Program-made: the position numbers and the translations under genes
Notes under the pieces: generated by a model
What the model was told of the DNA's origin: nothing
Database searches by the model: none
What the model saw: the letters and a program-made list of their open reading frames with translations, nothing else
Part shown: piece by piece, positions 9,871 to 20,509 of the stretch
How the letters are laid out: each line of letters opens with the position of its first letter
Position numbering within the stretch: position 1 is the stretch's first letter
From: an uncultured Nitrospiraceae bacterium
GTDB lineage: Bacteria; Nitrospirota; Nitrospiria; Nitrospirales; Nitrospiraceae
Assembly (NCBI GenBank): GCA_963730935.1
Contig: CAVSTP010000002.1
Span: forward strand, 320,001-384,000
Length of the DNA stretch: 64,000 bases
Reading direction: 5' to 3'

Positions 9871-11340
9871 CTAAGTGCCGTTTTGGGCCTGTTTACGATC
9901 TGTAATATCCGTCCAATACAGGTTCGCATAGTTCTCATGAGCGATCGGTGTCACATTCACCAGATACAATCGCGAATTCAGGCGAACTTCGACCAGTTCT
10001 GCAGTTGATGTCTGCAAGGAGCTTTGAACCAACCCCATCAGATGTGGCGACACCGGGCTTCCCACAGATAAAGCAGAATCTTGTAATGAGTGATCTGCTG
10101 CGGGATTTTTATAAAGCAAAATGCCTTCTCCATCTATCCGCAGTACCGGTGAAGGGTTTTGAACGGGCAACAATGCCATGGCCTTCACCGTCTCCTCAGC
10201 TTTCCTCCGGTCCGTCACATCGATGCAGGAGCCGATGTACCCCACAAACTCGCCGCTCTCCGCATAGCGTGGAATACCGTGATCAAGCGCCCACCTGTAT
10301 TCACCATCCCGTCGCCGCAAACGATATTCCATCTCAAATGGCTGTCGAGCATCGAAAGACGACGAGTAGATGGACCAGCACTGATCGAAGTCTTCCGGAT
10401 GAATGCCCTGTGCCCAACCATTTCCGAGTTCCTGCTCCAAGGTTTTGCCGGTAAAGTCAAGCCATGGTTTGTTGAACCATGTACATCGTTTTTCGGTATC
10501 CGCCAGCCAAATAAAAACCGGCGCGGTGTCTGCCATATTCCGAAAGCGTGCCTCACTTTCCCGCAGTTGGCACTCGGCGTTCTTTCTCTCGGTGATGTCG
10601 GTTTCTGAGCCCACCATGCGAACAGCGCGACCTTGGGTGTTCCATAGGGCCATCCCACGATCAACAATCCACCGATAGGTTCCATCTTTACAGCGCGTGC
10701 GATATTCACACTCGAATCTAGGGATCGTTTTGTTGAGGTATTGTTGGACCGTATTCATGACCATCTGGAGATCATCGGGATGGATACGCGAGGACCATTC
10801 ATTCTCCTGTGTCCCAATCTCATTTTCGGTATATCCACGCACTTCCTTCCACCGTGAAGAGAGAAACACCGTATGGTTTACGATGTCCCAATCCCATATG
10901 CCATCTGTGGACCCCGCAAGAGCGAGTTGCCAACGTTCTTCATTTTCTCGAAGCGCCTTCGTGGTTTGACTCTTGTAGATGGCAATATCCAGTTGGATGG
11001 CGAGGTCACGTTCGGAGAAGGGCTTAAGCACGTACCCGAAATGTCCAGCCAAATTTGCCCGTTGGACCGTCTCTCGGTCTGAGTGAGCCGTCACATACAC
11101 CACGGGGATTTGATGGAGCGCATTCAGTTGTTTCGCGGTTTCGACCCCATCAAGTGTTCCGGCCAATGTCAGGTCAAGCATGACCAGATCTGGGCGATGC
11201 GTTTCTGCGAGTTGAATCGCTTCTTCTCCGGTACAGGCCGTCGCCAGGACGCGATATCCTAACGCGCTCACCTTCTGCGCAAGATCGTCGGCCACAATGG
11301 CTTCATCCTCAACGATGATAATCGTGCGAAGCGTCGACAC
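9871..11340 (-). CDS. REC-PAS-PAS-PAS protein without output domain (possibly a truncated kinase)
   Basis: REC (IVEDE, DLVMLDL, VLKPF), three PAS/PAC units; stops just after DITDRKQAQ. Confidence 0.85.
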   Translation of the reverse strand: MSTLRTIIIVEDEAIVADDLAQKVSALGYRVLATACTGEEAIQLAETHRPDLVMLDLTLAGTLDGVETAKQLNALHQIPVVYVTAHSDRETVQRANLAGHFGYVLKPFSERDLAIQLDIAIYKSQTTKALRENEERWQLALAGSTDGIWDWDIVNHTVFLSSRWKEVRGYTENEIGTQENEWSSRIHPDDLQMVMNTVQQYLNKTIPRFECEYRTRCKDGTYRWIVDRGMALWNTQGRAVRMVGSETDITERKNAECQLRESEARFRNMADTAPVFIWLADTEKRCTWFNKPWLDFTGKTLEQELGNGWAQGIHPEDFDQCWSIYSSSFDARQPFEMEYRLRRRDGEYRWALDHGIPRYAESGEFVGYIGSCIDVTDRRKAEETVKAMALLPVQNPSPVLRIDGEGILLYKNPAADHSLQDSALSVGSPVSPHLMGLVQSSLQTSTAELVEVRLNSRLYLVNVTPIAHENYANLYWTDITDRKQAQNGT

Positions 11341-11944
11341 GACGGCCTCACATACAGAAATAAGAGGCCGATATGGTAGCGTTGATCGAACAGTTTATCA
11401 AACCGAGTCTTGAAGCATTTCAGGGCATATGGCTTGCGCCATATCCGTGGTGCATCCTGTATCCTGTTATGAGGAATGTAGTTTAGGAATGTAGGGGAGT
11501 ACGGGGCAGAACGGCTTTAATCTGTCCCCCGGTGAGGCGAACGATGTTTGAGAATTACAGGTATGAGTGATGAATTGGAGCGTTATGGAGGCGGCGAAGA
11601 TGAAAACATGTCCTCTCGGGACATCTTGTCACGAGTTACATGATTAAAGATTATCTGAACTTCGGGAGCGACCGAAAAAAATAACATAATCTCATAGGTA
11701 TCTGGCCTCTGCCAGTCGATCTGGTCCCGTGCGTCTTTTGGCCCACCATTTGCTCCTATAGATTGCTTCTCATAGAAATTGCTTCCTCCGCTCACCACCG
11801 GGTGCTTCAGTCTTAAGAGGCAACCAGTCGTGATTCGCTCTTTAATATACCCATCTCATCTGCACAGTTCGCTGACGTGCGTCTGCATACCAAACAGCAA
11901 GGATGACGTGTCAGCTGTCACCGTCTGAGAGAAAGGGGGAAGCC

Positions 11945-12805
11945 ATGTATAAAATCATCACCCTCGTGGCATTGGCGTCGCTTGTGTGGGGATGTCAACA
12001 TGGCACCACGACAGTGGTGCCGCATACCAGCAGGACAGGAAATGTGCACAACGTCAAGCTCGGCCTCAATGAGGGATCGCTTGCAGAGATGACCGTGGGA
12101 GTCGGAGACGAAATTCTCTTCTTCAATGACCGGACCCAGCCGGTGCACGTGATCCTCATTGAAGGAGGACGCAGCATTGCCTGTCAACGCGGATTCGCTG
12201 GCCTGGTGGACCAAGAGGCCCTGATTAACCCGGGAGGAACTGCGAGTTTCTGCTTCGAGAGGGCGGGGACATTTAAATACATGGTCAGGTCACAGGGGGT
12301 CATCGAAGGAGCGGAATCCGTGCAGCCTGGTCAGTTCATTGTACGAGCTGGCCCCGCCGCCCCCATGGCGGCCTCGGGTTTGACGGCCGTGCCAGAAACC
12401 AGCAGAACCGCGAAGGTCCAGGACGTGCACGTCACTCTCACCTATGTTTCACCAACCGAGGCCAGCGTCAGCGTGGGCGACGAGTTGCGTTTCATTAATG
12501 ATCGCGCGGACCCTGTTCGCATCATCCTGATCGACGCGGGCAAGAGCATCGCGTGTAAACGAGGATTCACGGGATCTGTTGATCAACAGGCAGACATTAA
12601 GCCGGGAGAGTCAGCGAGTTTCTGCTTTGAAAAAGCGGGGACGGCAAAGTATATGGTGCGGTCCACGCAAGGGATGGTCGGAGGAGAGAAAGTGGTCTCG
12701 GCTGAAATAGAGATTCGAGAGGCTTCGGCAGAGCCCGTAAAGACCAAAGACAATCTGAAACCCTCTTCCTCGGGACCAGAACTGAGCCTGACGCCCAAGG
12801 AATGA
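11945..12805 (+). CDS. lipoprotein with two tandem cupredoxin-like domains
   Basis: LVWGC lipobox; duplicated GDE..F.NDR...I.PG..ASFCFE.AG..KY unit. Confidence 0.75.
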   Translation: MYKIITLVALASLVWGCQHGTTTVVPHTSRTGNVHNVKLGLNEGSLAEMTVGVGDEILFFNDRTQPVHVILIEGGRSIACQRGFAGLVDQEALINPGGTASFCFERAGTFKYMVRSQGVIEGAESVQPGQFIVRAGPAAPMAASGLTAVPETSRTAKVQDVHVTLTYVSPTEASVSVGDELRFINDRADPVRIILIDAGKSIACKRGFTGSVDQQADIKPGESASFCFEKAGTAKYMVRSTQGMVGGEKVVSAEIEIREASAEPVKTKDNLKPSSSGPELSLTPKE

Positions 12806-12872
12806 CAATATGAATAGTATGCCGCTGGGGAAAGCCACACCCTGAGGGGCATTAACCTTAGATGGATCTACA

Positions 12873-13349
12873 ATGCGCAAGCGTGTGGTGCCAGGGCATC
12901 CAACACAGGGTGCCCCGGCCGATGAAGACTGGCTTCATGTGGAAGGACTGGCGGAAGTCGAGGTGACATCAGAGGCTCTCGCGTATCCTGTTGAGGGTGC
13001 CTTGCTGCCCGAGCCTAGTGCGGGATGGCGCGCAAGCGGGTCCGGCCCACAAACGATCAGGCTTCACTTTCAGCCGCCGCAACAATTGACAAGGATTTGG
13101 CTCTCTTTCGTCGAATCTGAGATGGAACGAACGCAGGAATACACGTTGCGGTGGTCGCACGGGTATGGCGAGCCCTTCCATGAAATCGTGCGGCAACAAT
13201 GGAACTTTAGTCCCCACGGAGCCACCCGCGAAGTTGAAGATTATGATGTGGAACTTCCCTCAGTGGCGATCCTCGAACTCAAAATTATTCCTGATATCCG
13301 TGTCGGGACGAAAGCAGTGGCATCACTGGCTCATTGGAGGCTCGCTTAG
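12873..13349 (+). CDS. discoidin/galactose-binding-fold 'carbohydrate-binding' protein (paralog of 21922-22395)
   Basis: WL.VEGLAEVE.TSE...GWRA..G.QTIRL.F...EIVRQQWNFSP. Confidence 0.75.
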   Translation: MRKRVVPGHPTQGAPADEDWLHVEGLAEVEVTSEALAYPVEGALLPEPSAGWRASGSGPQTIRLHFQPPQQLTRIWLSFVESEMERTQEYTLRWSHGYGEPFHEIVRQQWNFSPHGATREVEDYDVELPSVAILELKIIPDIRVGTKAVASLAHWRLA

Positions 13350-13378
13350 AAGTGTCACCTTCACTACTTTCTTAATGG

Positions 13379-16300
13379 TTGGCTCAAAACATGGACGCCA
13401 GACCTCGTCATATTGCATCGATTCCCCGCTGGTTCCTCGTCTCTGTCCTGTTGATTCTGCTCATTTCAGTCACGAGTGTCATTCTTAATCGTCCGACTGT
13501 TCATCATCGCATTCAGCATTATCTCAAAAGCCAATTCGGCATTGAGACAAGCGCGATCCATGTGCAGTTAGTCCCTACCATTTCTCTCGAAGTATTCGAC
13601 CTTCTCGTGACGGATGACACCACCTCCGAGCCGATTCTGCGAGCTCCCCGAGCGTCTCTCTCAGTACGGCTGTGGCCCCTGCTTACCCAGCAAACGCGAC
13701 TATTGGAGCTCTATGCGGTTCAACCCGAGCTGGTGATCCGCAGAGATCGGGATGGAGTCTGGCATGTCCCATTACTCGATGAGAAGCCCACATCCCAACA
13801 GACGAGCAACACCGCCGATCCCAAATGGGTGATGACCGGTTTTCACATCGTGGACGGGAATCTTGTCATCTTAGACGAAGAGCGACTGGCAGCGGGGGGA
13901 GTCAGCGTCCATCATGTGCAAGCTGTGTGTGAGCGTAATCAGGCCCAAAATCAAGCCGAAATCAAGCTAACCGCTACGACCGACGACGGCGGTGATCTTG
14001 AGATACATGGCTCTGTGGCGCTTGGGAAGAAAGTTAGGCCGGATAGTTCGAACACGACACTGCTTCCAGGTCAATTCGACGGCACCCTTGCTTTTCAGCA
14101 TTTTAACCTCGCCTACTGGCTCGAACGCACGGGGCAATCTGTTCCCGCTCGAAGCAAGGAACTGGCTTGGCGAGGAGACCTCTCTGCCGCCATCCGTCTT
14201 GATCTTCTGGCAGGCACTCAAGGCTTTAACGTCACGATTTCCGATATGCAGACGGATCTCGGTTGGCTGGTGATTCGCGGCGACGGCAATATCGAACACG
14301 CGGGCACGAATCATCCGGTCTATGCAATAAAGCTCTCGACCTCTCCCATCGGTTCGGACAGTTTTTTCGCACATGTTCCTCCTTCTTGGATACCGAATAA
14401 AGTACAAGACGCCGTTGATGCGCATGATTTGGAAAGCACCGTGGAGCTGGTATCTGTAGACCTCAGAGGGTCGATCGACGTGCTTCGTGACCCCGATGAG
14501 TGGAACCTCGTTGCCAGGCTTAACCATGGGAGTGGGGTCTGGGGAGACAAACGGACGCGTATTCACGATCTCTCTGCCACAGTAGCGATGGATCCGCACA
14601 CTGCAGACATCACAAATATTTCTGGGGAGGTGAATGGTGTCCAAATCACCAGCACCAAGCTCACGGTGTCCGATTTGGATCTAGGGCCTACTGTGGACGC
14701 TCACCTTGTAGGCGTCGGACAACTTGAACACATGCTGGGTGTCCTTCAACAGTTCGATGGAGGAACGGTGGGTTCCTCTGTTTTGCGCAACGTGACGGAC
14801 CTCACAGGGACGCTTCACCTGGCAGTTCACGTGGCCGGAGCACTCCTTCCAAGGCCTTCGTTACGACTCATGAAGGCGGAACTGCAGGTCCAGGAATTGG
14901 GTGGCCGACTGGCCAAGAACTTCGCAATTACTCAATTGAATGGAAGCATTGCGGCCGACTCACGCATGCTGGGAGTTACACACCTCCAGGGTGTAATGCA
15001 GGGTATCCAATTTGAGGCACAGGGAGCTGTTGATCTCGATGCGGGCGTCCGGGTGACCAACCTCGCTATAGACATGCGGGCGGATGGCACCGCAATCCGG
15101 GAGCTGCTAGTGACGAACTTTGCGGTCCGTCCTGACATGCACATCGAGGGCTCAGCTCGTGCCATTCTTTCGCTCTCAGGCACGGCAGGTGCGGCTCACT
15201 GTCGGAGCACGATCGATCTAACTGACACAGACCTCATGATTCCCTCGGTCCTTCACAAAAAGAAAGGACTTCCGGGAAAACTGGAATTTGAAGCGAACAT
15301 CCTCGATGCCAAACGTGTGATCCTCGAAGATGTCAGATTGATCCTCTTGGAAAGCGAAATACAGGCTGCGGGGCAGATCGAGCTAGGTCCTACGCCAAAG
15401 TTCCACGTTCATGTGAAATCCGATCCAATTTCACTACCAGCGCTTCTTGATATGGATGTCAGGATCCCCATGACAGCGGGCATACTCGAGACCTCTGCTG
15501 AAATCAGCGGTGAAGGGACGAATTGGAAGTCATGGGCCCCTTCCGGTTGGATCACTCTTCGGAGCGGGGTTGTCACGCTTCCAGGTCTAGAGCACGAGCT
15601 GAGGGAAGTGTCTGGACGCTTACAAGTGACTCCAGGAAGCGCCATACTGGACGAGTTGTCTGTTCAAATGGGCGAGAGCGATGTGAGATTAACGGGAATC
15701 GTCGAGCATTGGCGTGATTATCCGCGAGCGACTTTGATGGTGGAATCTTCTCATCTCGATATTGGCGAACTTGCTCCCAACACGACCAAGAATTCAGCAA
15801 CAACGAGTGCAAATCTGCAGGACTGGATCCGATCGAAAGATACGACCGTCGCGTTTGTCATCAAACAACTACAGTATGACCGATTGTTTCTACGATCGGT
15901 CTCCGGTGAGATCACGGTGGATTCGCAGAAGGTAAAGTTGAACGAATTACAGGGCGAAACTCCCAAAGGCGTGTTCTTTGGGCGCGGAGAAGGACGATTT
16001 GGCACTCGGCAGCGATTGGATCTCGAGGCAGAATTGGACGTGGATGGAATACCGGCGCAGGATCTGCTCTCAAGCAGCGAGGGTGAGACAGAGCCGCTTC
16101 TAGGGAATCTCTCGATGAACGGTGTAATGCAAGCCAGCGTTGACGCCGACAAACCAATATGGAACACGTTAAGCACCGCTCCCCACGGCATCACGATCAA
16201 GGTTCTGGATGGCCGACTTCAACAAGATCCGGTGCTTACGAAAGTTATTAAAATCCTGAACCTCCCTGCCGTCCTCATCGGTCAAGTGGATTTGAACCAA

Positions 16301-16705
16301 GGCGGCCTACCATTTCACTCGCTCACTGCCCGGGTGGTCGCCAAAGATGGGCTGTTTTCGTCCCAGGACATTGTCTTGGATAGCCCCATTATGAAAGTGA
16401 CGGGCGCGGGCAGTGCAGATGTCAAGGACAGTGGATTGGACTTAGCCCTCGCCGTGAGTCCTTTGGCGGCGTACTCAAACTTAATAGGGAAGATCCCTTT
16501 ATTCGGCCCGCTCCTGAGCGGAGATCACCCCGGATTATCCACCGCACTGTTCGAAGCGAAAGGTCCTTTGCGCGATCCTGAAGTCTCCTATCTGCCGCTG
16601 GAATCATTCGCAATGGGTCTGACGGGTTATCCACGGCTTGCGATTGATGTGCTGGTCAACACCATGAATCTACCGGAGACCGCGCTGGCTTACGCCACTC
16701 CCTGA
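13379..16705 (+). CDS. AsmA-family / YhdP-like envelope protein
   Basis: 1108 aa, single N-terminal TM, beta-rich body, AsmA_2-like C-terminus (KIPLFG...FEAKGPLRDPEV). Confidence 0.85.
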   Translation: MAQNMDARPRHIASIPRWFLVSVLLILLISVTSVILNRPTVHHRIQHYLKSQFGIETSAIHVQLVPTISLEVFDLLVTDDTTSEPILRAPRASLSVRLWPLLTQQTRLLELYAVQPELVIRRDRDGVWHVPLLDEKPTSQQTSNTADPKWVMTGFHIVDGNLVILDEERLAAGGVSVHHVQAVCERNQAQNQAEIKLTATTDDGGDLEIHGSVALGKKVRPDSSNTTLLPGQFDGTLAFQHFNLAYWLERTGQSVPARSKELAWRGDLSAAIRLDLLAGTQGFNVTISDMQTDLGWLVIRGDGNIEHAGTNHPVYAIKLSTSPIGSDSFFAHVPPSWIPNKVQDAVDAHDLESTVELVSVDLRGSIDVLRDPDEWNLVARLNHGSGVWGDKRTRIHDLSATVAMDPHTADITNISGEVNGVQITSTKLTVSDLDLGPTVDAHLVGVGQLEHMLGVLQQFDGGTVGSSVLRNVTDLTGTLHLAVHVAGALLPRPSLRLMKAELQVQELGGRLAKNFAITQLNGSIAADSRMLGVTHLQGVMQGIQFEAQGAVDLDAGVRVTNLAIDMRADGTAIRELLVTNFAVRPDMHIEGSARAILSLSGTAGAAHCRSTIDLTDTDLMIPSVLHKKKGLPGKLEFEANILDAKRVILEDVRLILLESEIQAAGQIELGPTPKFHVHVKSDPISLPALLDMDVRIPMTAGILETSAEISGEGTNWKSWAPSGWITLRSGVVTLPGLEHELREVSGRLQVTPGSAILDELSVQMGESDVRLTGIVEHWRDYPRATLMVESSHLDIGELAPNTTKNSATTSANLQDWIRSKDTTVAFVIKQLQYDRLFLRSVSGEITVDSQKVKLNELQGETPKGVFFGRGEGRFGTRQRLDLEAELDVDGIPAQDLLSSSEGETEPLLGNLSMNGVMQASVDADKPIWNTLSTAPHGITIKVLDGRLQQDPVLTKVIKILNLPAVLIGQVDLNQGGLPFHSLTARVVAKDGLFSSQDIVLDSPIMKVTGAGSADVKDSGLDLALAVSPLAAYSNLIGKIPLFGPLLSGDHPGLSTALFEAKGPLRDPEVSYLPLESFAMGLTGYPRLAIDVLVNTMNLPETALAYATP

Positions 16706-16740
16706 CCGTATAAAGATCTGCTTTATGTGGTTCGAGTGTT

Positions 16741-16772
16741 TGGAGCCGGCGACCGATTCGAATCAGCGACCT
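16741..16772 (-). other. degenerate tRNA 3'-end fragment (att-like scar)
   Basis: reverse complement AGGTCGCTGATTCGAATCGGTCGCCGGCTCCA: T-loop, acceptor 3' strand and CCA, no 5' half. Confidence 0.6.
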
Positions 16773-17162
16773 CATCAAATCTTCTCAGGGCTAAGGACGC
16801 CCCATTCATGGTGTCCATGTTTCTCGGCTTTCTAGCCTCTGGATATGCCGAGAGTCAACGGCCTAAACCGCAGGGCAGGCGGCGTTCACAAAGCCTTTGA
16901 AGGGGATGCCCACAAGCCATTCGTGCCATATATCGCAGGTCATCTCTCTTATTTGTGGGAGCGAATCGACCTGCAGGAGGGCAAACCCTACTAAAGTTCC
17001 GTCAAGCTAGTGGTTATCCCCGTCGCTTCCTCTAGCAGAACGCCCGAGAATGATCCGATAGCAGTGTACTTTGGGTAGTGTTCTCGGTATTCACCTTACC
17101 GACGACTTGTCGTTATGCCTTACGAATGACGATGGCGGTATTTTCATGTATCATCCCTGCGC

Positions 17163-19154
17163 ATGAAGGATATGAACCAGGATTCCCTTAACAATGCTCG
17201 CCTCGCCGCAATCGTCAATTCGGCCGACGATGCGATCCTCAGCAAGACCCTCGAGGGCGTGATTACCAGCTGGAATCCCGGCGCTGAGCGGATGTTTGGA
17301 TACAGCGCTGAGGAGATGATTGGTCAACCGATTCTCCGCTTGATTCCTCCAGAGCGTCAGACGGAGGAAGATGAGATCTTGGCGAGGCTTCGAGCGGGGG
17401 AGAGAATCGAACAGTATGAGACCGTGCGTCGGAAGAAGGACGGGACGCTCATTGATGTCTCTCTCACCATTTCACCCATGAGAGATCAGTCAGGTGGCAT
17501 CATCGGAGCCTCTAAGATCATTCGTGATATCACCGACCGCAAGCGAATAGAGCAAGTCTCCGCACATCTCGCCGCGATTGTCACGTCCGCCGACGATGCC
17601 ATCCTCAGCAAGACCCTCGAGGGCGTAATTACCACCTGGAATCCCGGCGCGGAGCGCATGTTTGGCTACAGCGCTGAGGAGATGATTGGTCAACTCGTTC
17701 TCCGCTTGATTCCCCCAGACCGTCAGACAGAGGAAGTTGAAATCTTGGCGCGGCTTCGAGCGGGAAAGCGGATCCAACACTATGAGACCGTGCGTCAGAA
17801 GAAGGACGGGACGCTCTTCGACGTCTCTCTCACCATTTCGCCCATGAGGAACCAAGCGGGTCAGATCATTGGAGCCTGTAAAATCATTCGTGATATCAGC
17901 GAGCGTAAGCAAACTGAGCTCTATCTCAAGGAGAGCCAGCAACGATTGCGAGAGTTTGCTGAAGAGTTGGAGCGGCTAGTCGAAAGCCGTACGTCCGAAC
18001 TCGTGCAATCGCAGCAGCAACTACGCGCGTTGGCGGCACAATTGAACTTATCGGAGCAGAAGGAGCGACAACGTCTGGCAGGAGAACTCCACGACTACCT
18101 CGGACAAATGCTGGCGCTCAACCGAATCAAGATCGGTGTCGCCAAAAAACATCCTATGGAAGCATCACTGGCTCGTCTCCTCGAGGAACTGCAATCGACG
18201 ACTGACAAGGCGTTGGCCTATACCCGTTCGCTCGTGGCTCAACTGAGTCCGCCTGTTCTGCAGGAGTTTGGGTTGGCAATGGCACTCCCTTGGCTAGCTC
18301 AGCAAATGTTGGAGCGCGACCTCGTCGTCTCTTTGCAAGTAAAGACACAGATACCTCCCATACCAGAGGATCAAGCGCTCCTGCTCTTTCAATCCATACG
18401 GGAACTATTGCTCAATTGCATCAAGCATGCTCAGGTGCCACAGGCCGTGGTAGCGCTGGAGTGCAAAGAGGAAGCGCTCTATGTCACTGTTGCGGATCAA
18501 GGATTAGGATTCGATCCCTCTGTGATGCTTTCGGCGAAACAGACCCCAGAGACAGTGAACAAGTATGGTCTTTTTAGCATCCGCGAGCGAATGCTCTCCT
18601 TGGGGGGACGCCTTGAACTCCAATCCTCTCCAGGCAACGGCACGGTAGCCACGCTAGTATTCCCCATTACAACTACTTTGATAGAGATGCCTGCCTCTGC
18701 CGAGGCCTTGAGCACAAAAGAGAACGGAACCAAACGGGCAAATGGCGCAAAGACCTCTTCAATCCCCGGTGGGAAAACCCTATTACTCGTCGTAGACGAT
18801 CATGCGATGGTCCGTCAAGGGTTGTGCAGCCTCTTGGATGCATACGAGGATATCCACGTGGTCGGTGAAGCCAGCAATGGCAAGGAAGCCATCGAGTTGG
18901 CCTCTCGATTAAAGCCTGACGTGATTCTTCTGGATGTGACCATGCCGGACATTGACGGGATCGAAGTGACCAAGCGGATCAAATCCGACCATCCCCACGT
19001 ACTGATCATTGGAATGTCAGTTCACAGTGCCGAACAGGTGGAAAGAGCGATGTCCAACGCCGGCGCGTCAGCATTCATCCATAAAGAGGCCGCTGTAGAT
19101 AAACTTCACCAAACTATTCTAGCGGTTCGGCAATCCGCGGGAAAAACCAAATGA
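17163..19154 (+). CDS. hybrid histidine kinase PAS-PAS-HisKA_3-HATPase-REC
   Basis: two PAS repeats, LAGELHDYLGQ H-box, DQGLGFD, C-terminal VVDDH...DVILLDVTMP. Confidence 0.93.
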   Translation: MKDMNQDSLNNARLAAIVNSADDAILSKTLEGVITSWNPGAERMFGYSAEEMIGQPILRLIPPERQTEEDEILARLRAGERIEQYETVRRKKDGTLIDVSLTISPMRDQSGGIIGASKIIRDITDRKRIEQVSAHLAAIVTSADDAILSKTLEGVITTWNPGAERMFGYSAEEMIGQLVLRLIPPDRQTEEVEILARLRAGKRIQHYETVRQKKDGTLFDVSLTISPMRNQAGQIIGACKIIRDISERKQTELYLKESQQRLREFAEELERLVESRTSELVQSQQQLRALAAQLNLSEQKERQRLAGELHDYLGQMLALNRIKIGVAKKHPMEASLARLLEELQSTTDKALAYTRSLVAQLSPPVLQEFGLAMALPWLAQQMLERDLVVSLQVKTQIPPIPEDQALLLFQSIRELLLNCIKHAQVPQAVVALECKEEALYVTVADQGLGFDPSVMLSAKQTPETVNKYGLFSIRERMLSLGGRLELQSSPGNGTVATLVFPITTTLIEMPASAEALSTKENGTKRANGAKTSSIPGGKTLLLVVDDHAMVRQGLCSLLDAYEDIHVVGEASNGKEAIELASRLKPDVILLDVTMPDIDGIEVTKRIKSDHPHVLIIGMSVHSAEQVERAMSNAGASAFIHKEAAVDKLHQTILAVRQSAGKTK

Positions 19155-19591
19155 ACAATTGTCAGTGTGTCGCTGGGTCCTTGGTCCGACAAGATACCCT
19201 TGACACTTGATGAGGTAGATTCTCGCCAAGTTAGGGGTGCCGTCTTCACCCTCCGTAACCATCAATCATCCGTTCCGTGTCAGCTGCTGAAACAGTCAAA
19301 AAGAACATATTGCGGCAGACCGCCTGAGCCTAAAGCTAATCGTGACGTGATAGAGGGAATGATGGCTCGAAGAGTGCTCTTCTCAAGCGAGGGGATCTCC
19401 GTAAACGGCTCCTTCGCATTGTGAGGAAGAGAAAGATTTGTGATCTGGATGAACTGATACTGGAATGTACGTCCTACAGTTGGACGCAGGTCTTTCTCGA
19501 AGTGGACGATCTGAGTCGCAGTGGTGAACTCTGTTGCTGTGCAAGAAGGCGGGCGAGTACGCCGTTACCCTTCCTCGGGCTGCATAATCCG

Positions 19592-19864
19592 TTATCGTGA
19601 TTCGTTCCACCACTGTTCGCAGTCGCCTGCGTCGACAACGTCGGTGCAGAAGTCAATCAGAGCACTAAGCCCCAGCTCAAATCGCAATCTATTTCCATCT
19701 TCAAATGCCCCATCCAGAACCGTCAGACAATCCTGAAAAAAGGGTTGCTTTTCCACCAGGGCAGGAACACTTTCTATTCTCGTAATTGCTAAACCCCATT
19801 CCCGTTCCCACTCATCGGCAGTCCATCTGGATCGCTTTCTGACGATTATTCGCCTGTTTCTCAT
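19592..19864 (-). CDS. hypothetical protein
   Basis: 90-aa ORF with strong RBS GAGGAGG. Confidence 0.55.
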   Translation of the reverse strand: MRNRRIIVRKRSRWTADEWEREWGLAITRIESVPALVEKQPFFQDCLTVLDGAFEDGNRLRFELGLSALIDFCTDVVDAGDCEQWWNESR

Positions 19865-19900
19865 TATTATCCTCCTCGGTGGGGGACGGCATGGCGTATT

Positions 19901-20149
19901 CTAGGTCCAGACGACTCGTTCTCGATTCAGGAGGTACTCAATCACCTCCATGCTGTCGCGCATTTGAGTTCGAGCGCCCTCGGACATAGGAATGACAGCG
20001 CCATAAATTCTGCCAGGCTCGATTTCGTCGAGTGAGGGGATACCTCCAGGTCCTCGGCGTTCGCCCTCTTCTTTATGACTTGCCACGTCTTGATCTCCCT
20101 TGTTAAACCGTCTATTCCGAAGCATATGACTGGGATACTGCTTAGTCAC
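19901..20149 (-). CDS. hypothetical protein
   Basis: 82-aa ORF co-oriented with 19592-19864. Confidence 0.4.
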   Translation of the reverse strand: MTKQYPSHMLRNRRFNKGDQDVASHKEEGERRGPGGIPSLDEIEPGRIYGAVIPMSEGARTQMRDSMEVIEYLLNRERVVWT

Positions 20150-20509
20150 GTCATATCCAAGTTATTGACAACAGTTTTTTGTTTATCTGAATCCTTTTCG
20201 GCGAGTGGGAAACAAGGGTTCAGTTCCGGACCTTTAGACTCTGCACACCTGCAAATCGTGTGGTATCTGGTATAAGGAGTTAAAAACCAGCGAGGTCAGC
20301 CCTTCTGTGGTGTTTTCTCCTGAGGCGTGGTCTTTTTACGACTCTATTCGTGGCAAGAACGACATACCCAGCTTCGAAAATTGTGTAGTCCTTCGCTTCG
20401 TACGCTCGCGTTATGAGCATTTCCCGTTTCAGACCATTCGTGGTACTGTGTTTGCTACGTAGTTACCTTACTTTCCTTATTCTTAATTCTTATATCCAGA
20501 GAGGCGCTA

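Noticed and set aside
11423..11437. Sigma-54-like GG-N10-GC promoter
   Set aside because: Imperfect consensus and about 500 bp from the next plus-strand gene
16978..17030. GGCAAACC as the start of a c-di-GMP-I riboswitch
   Set aside because: Not followed by a GAAA-capped stem or GACGCAAA
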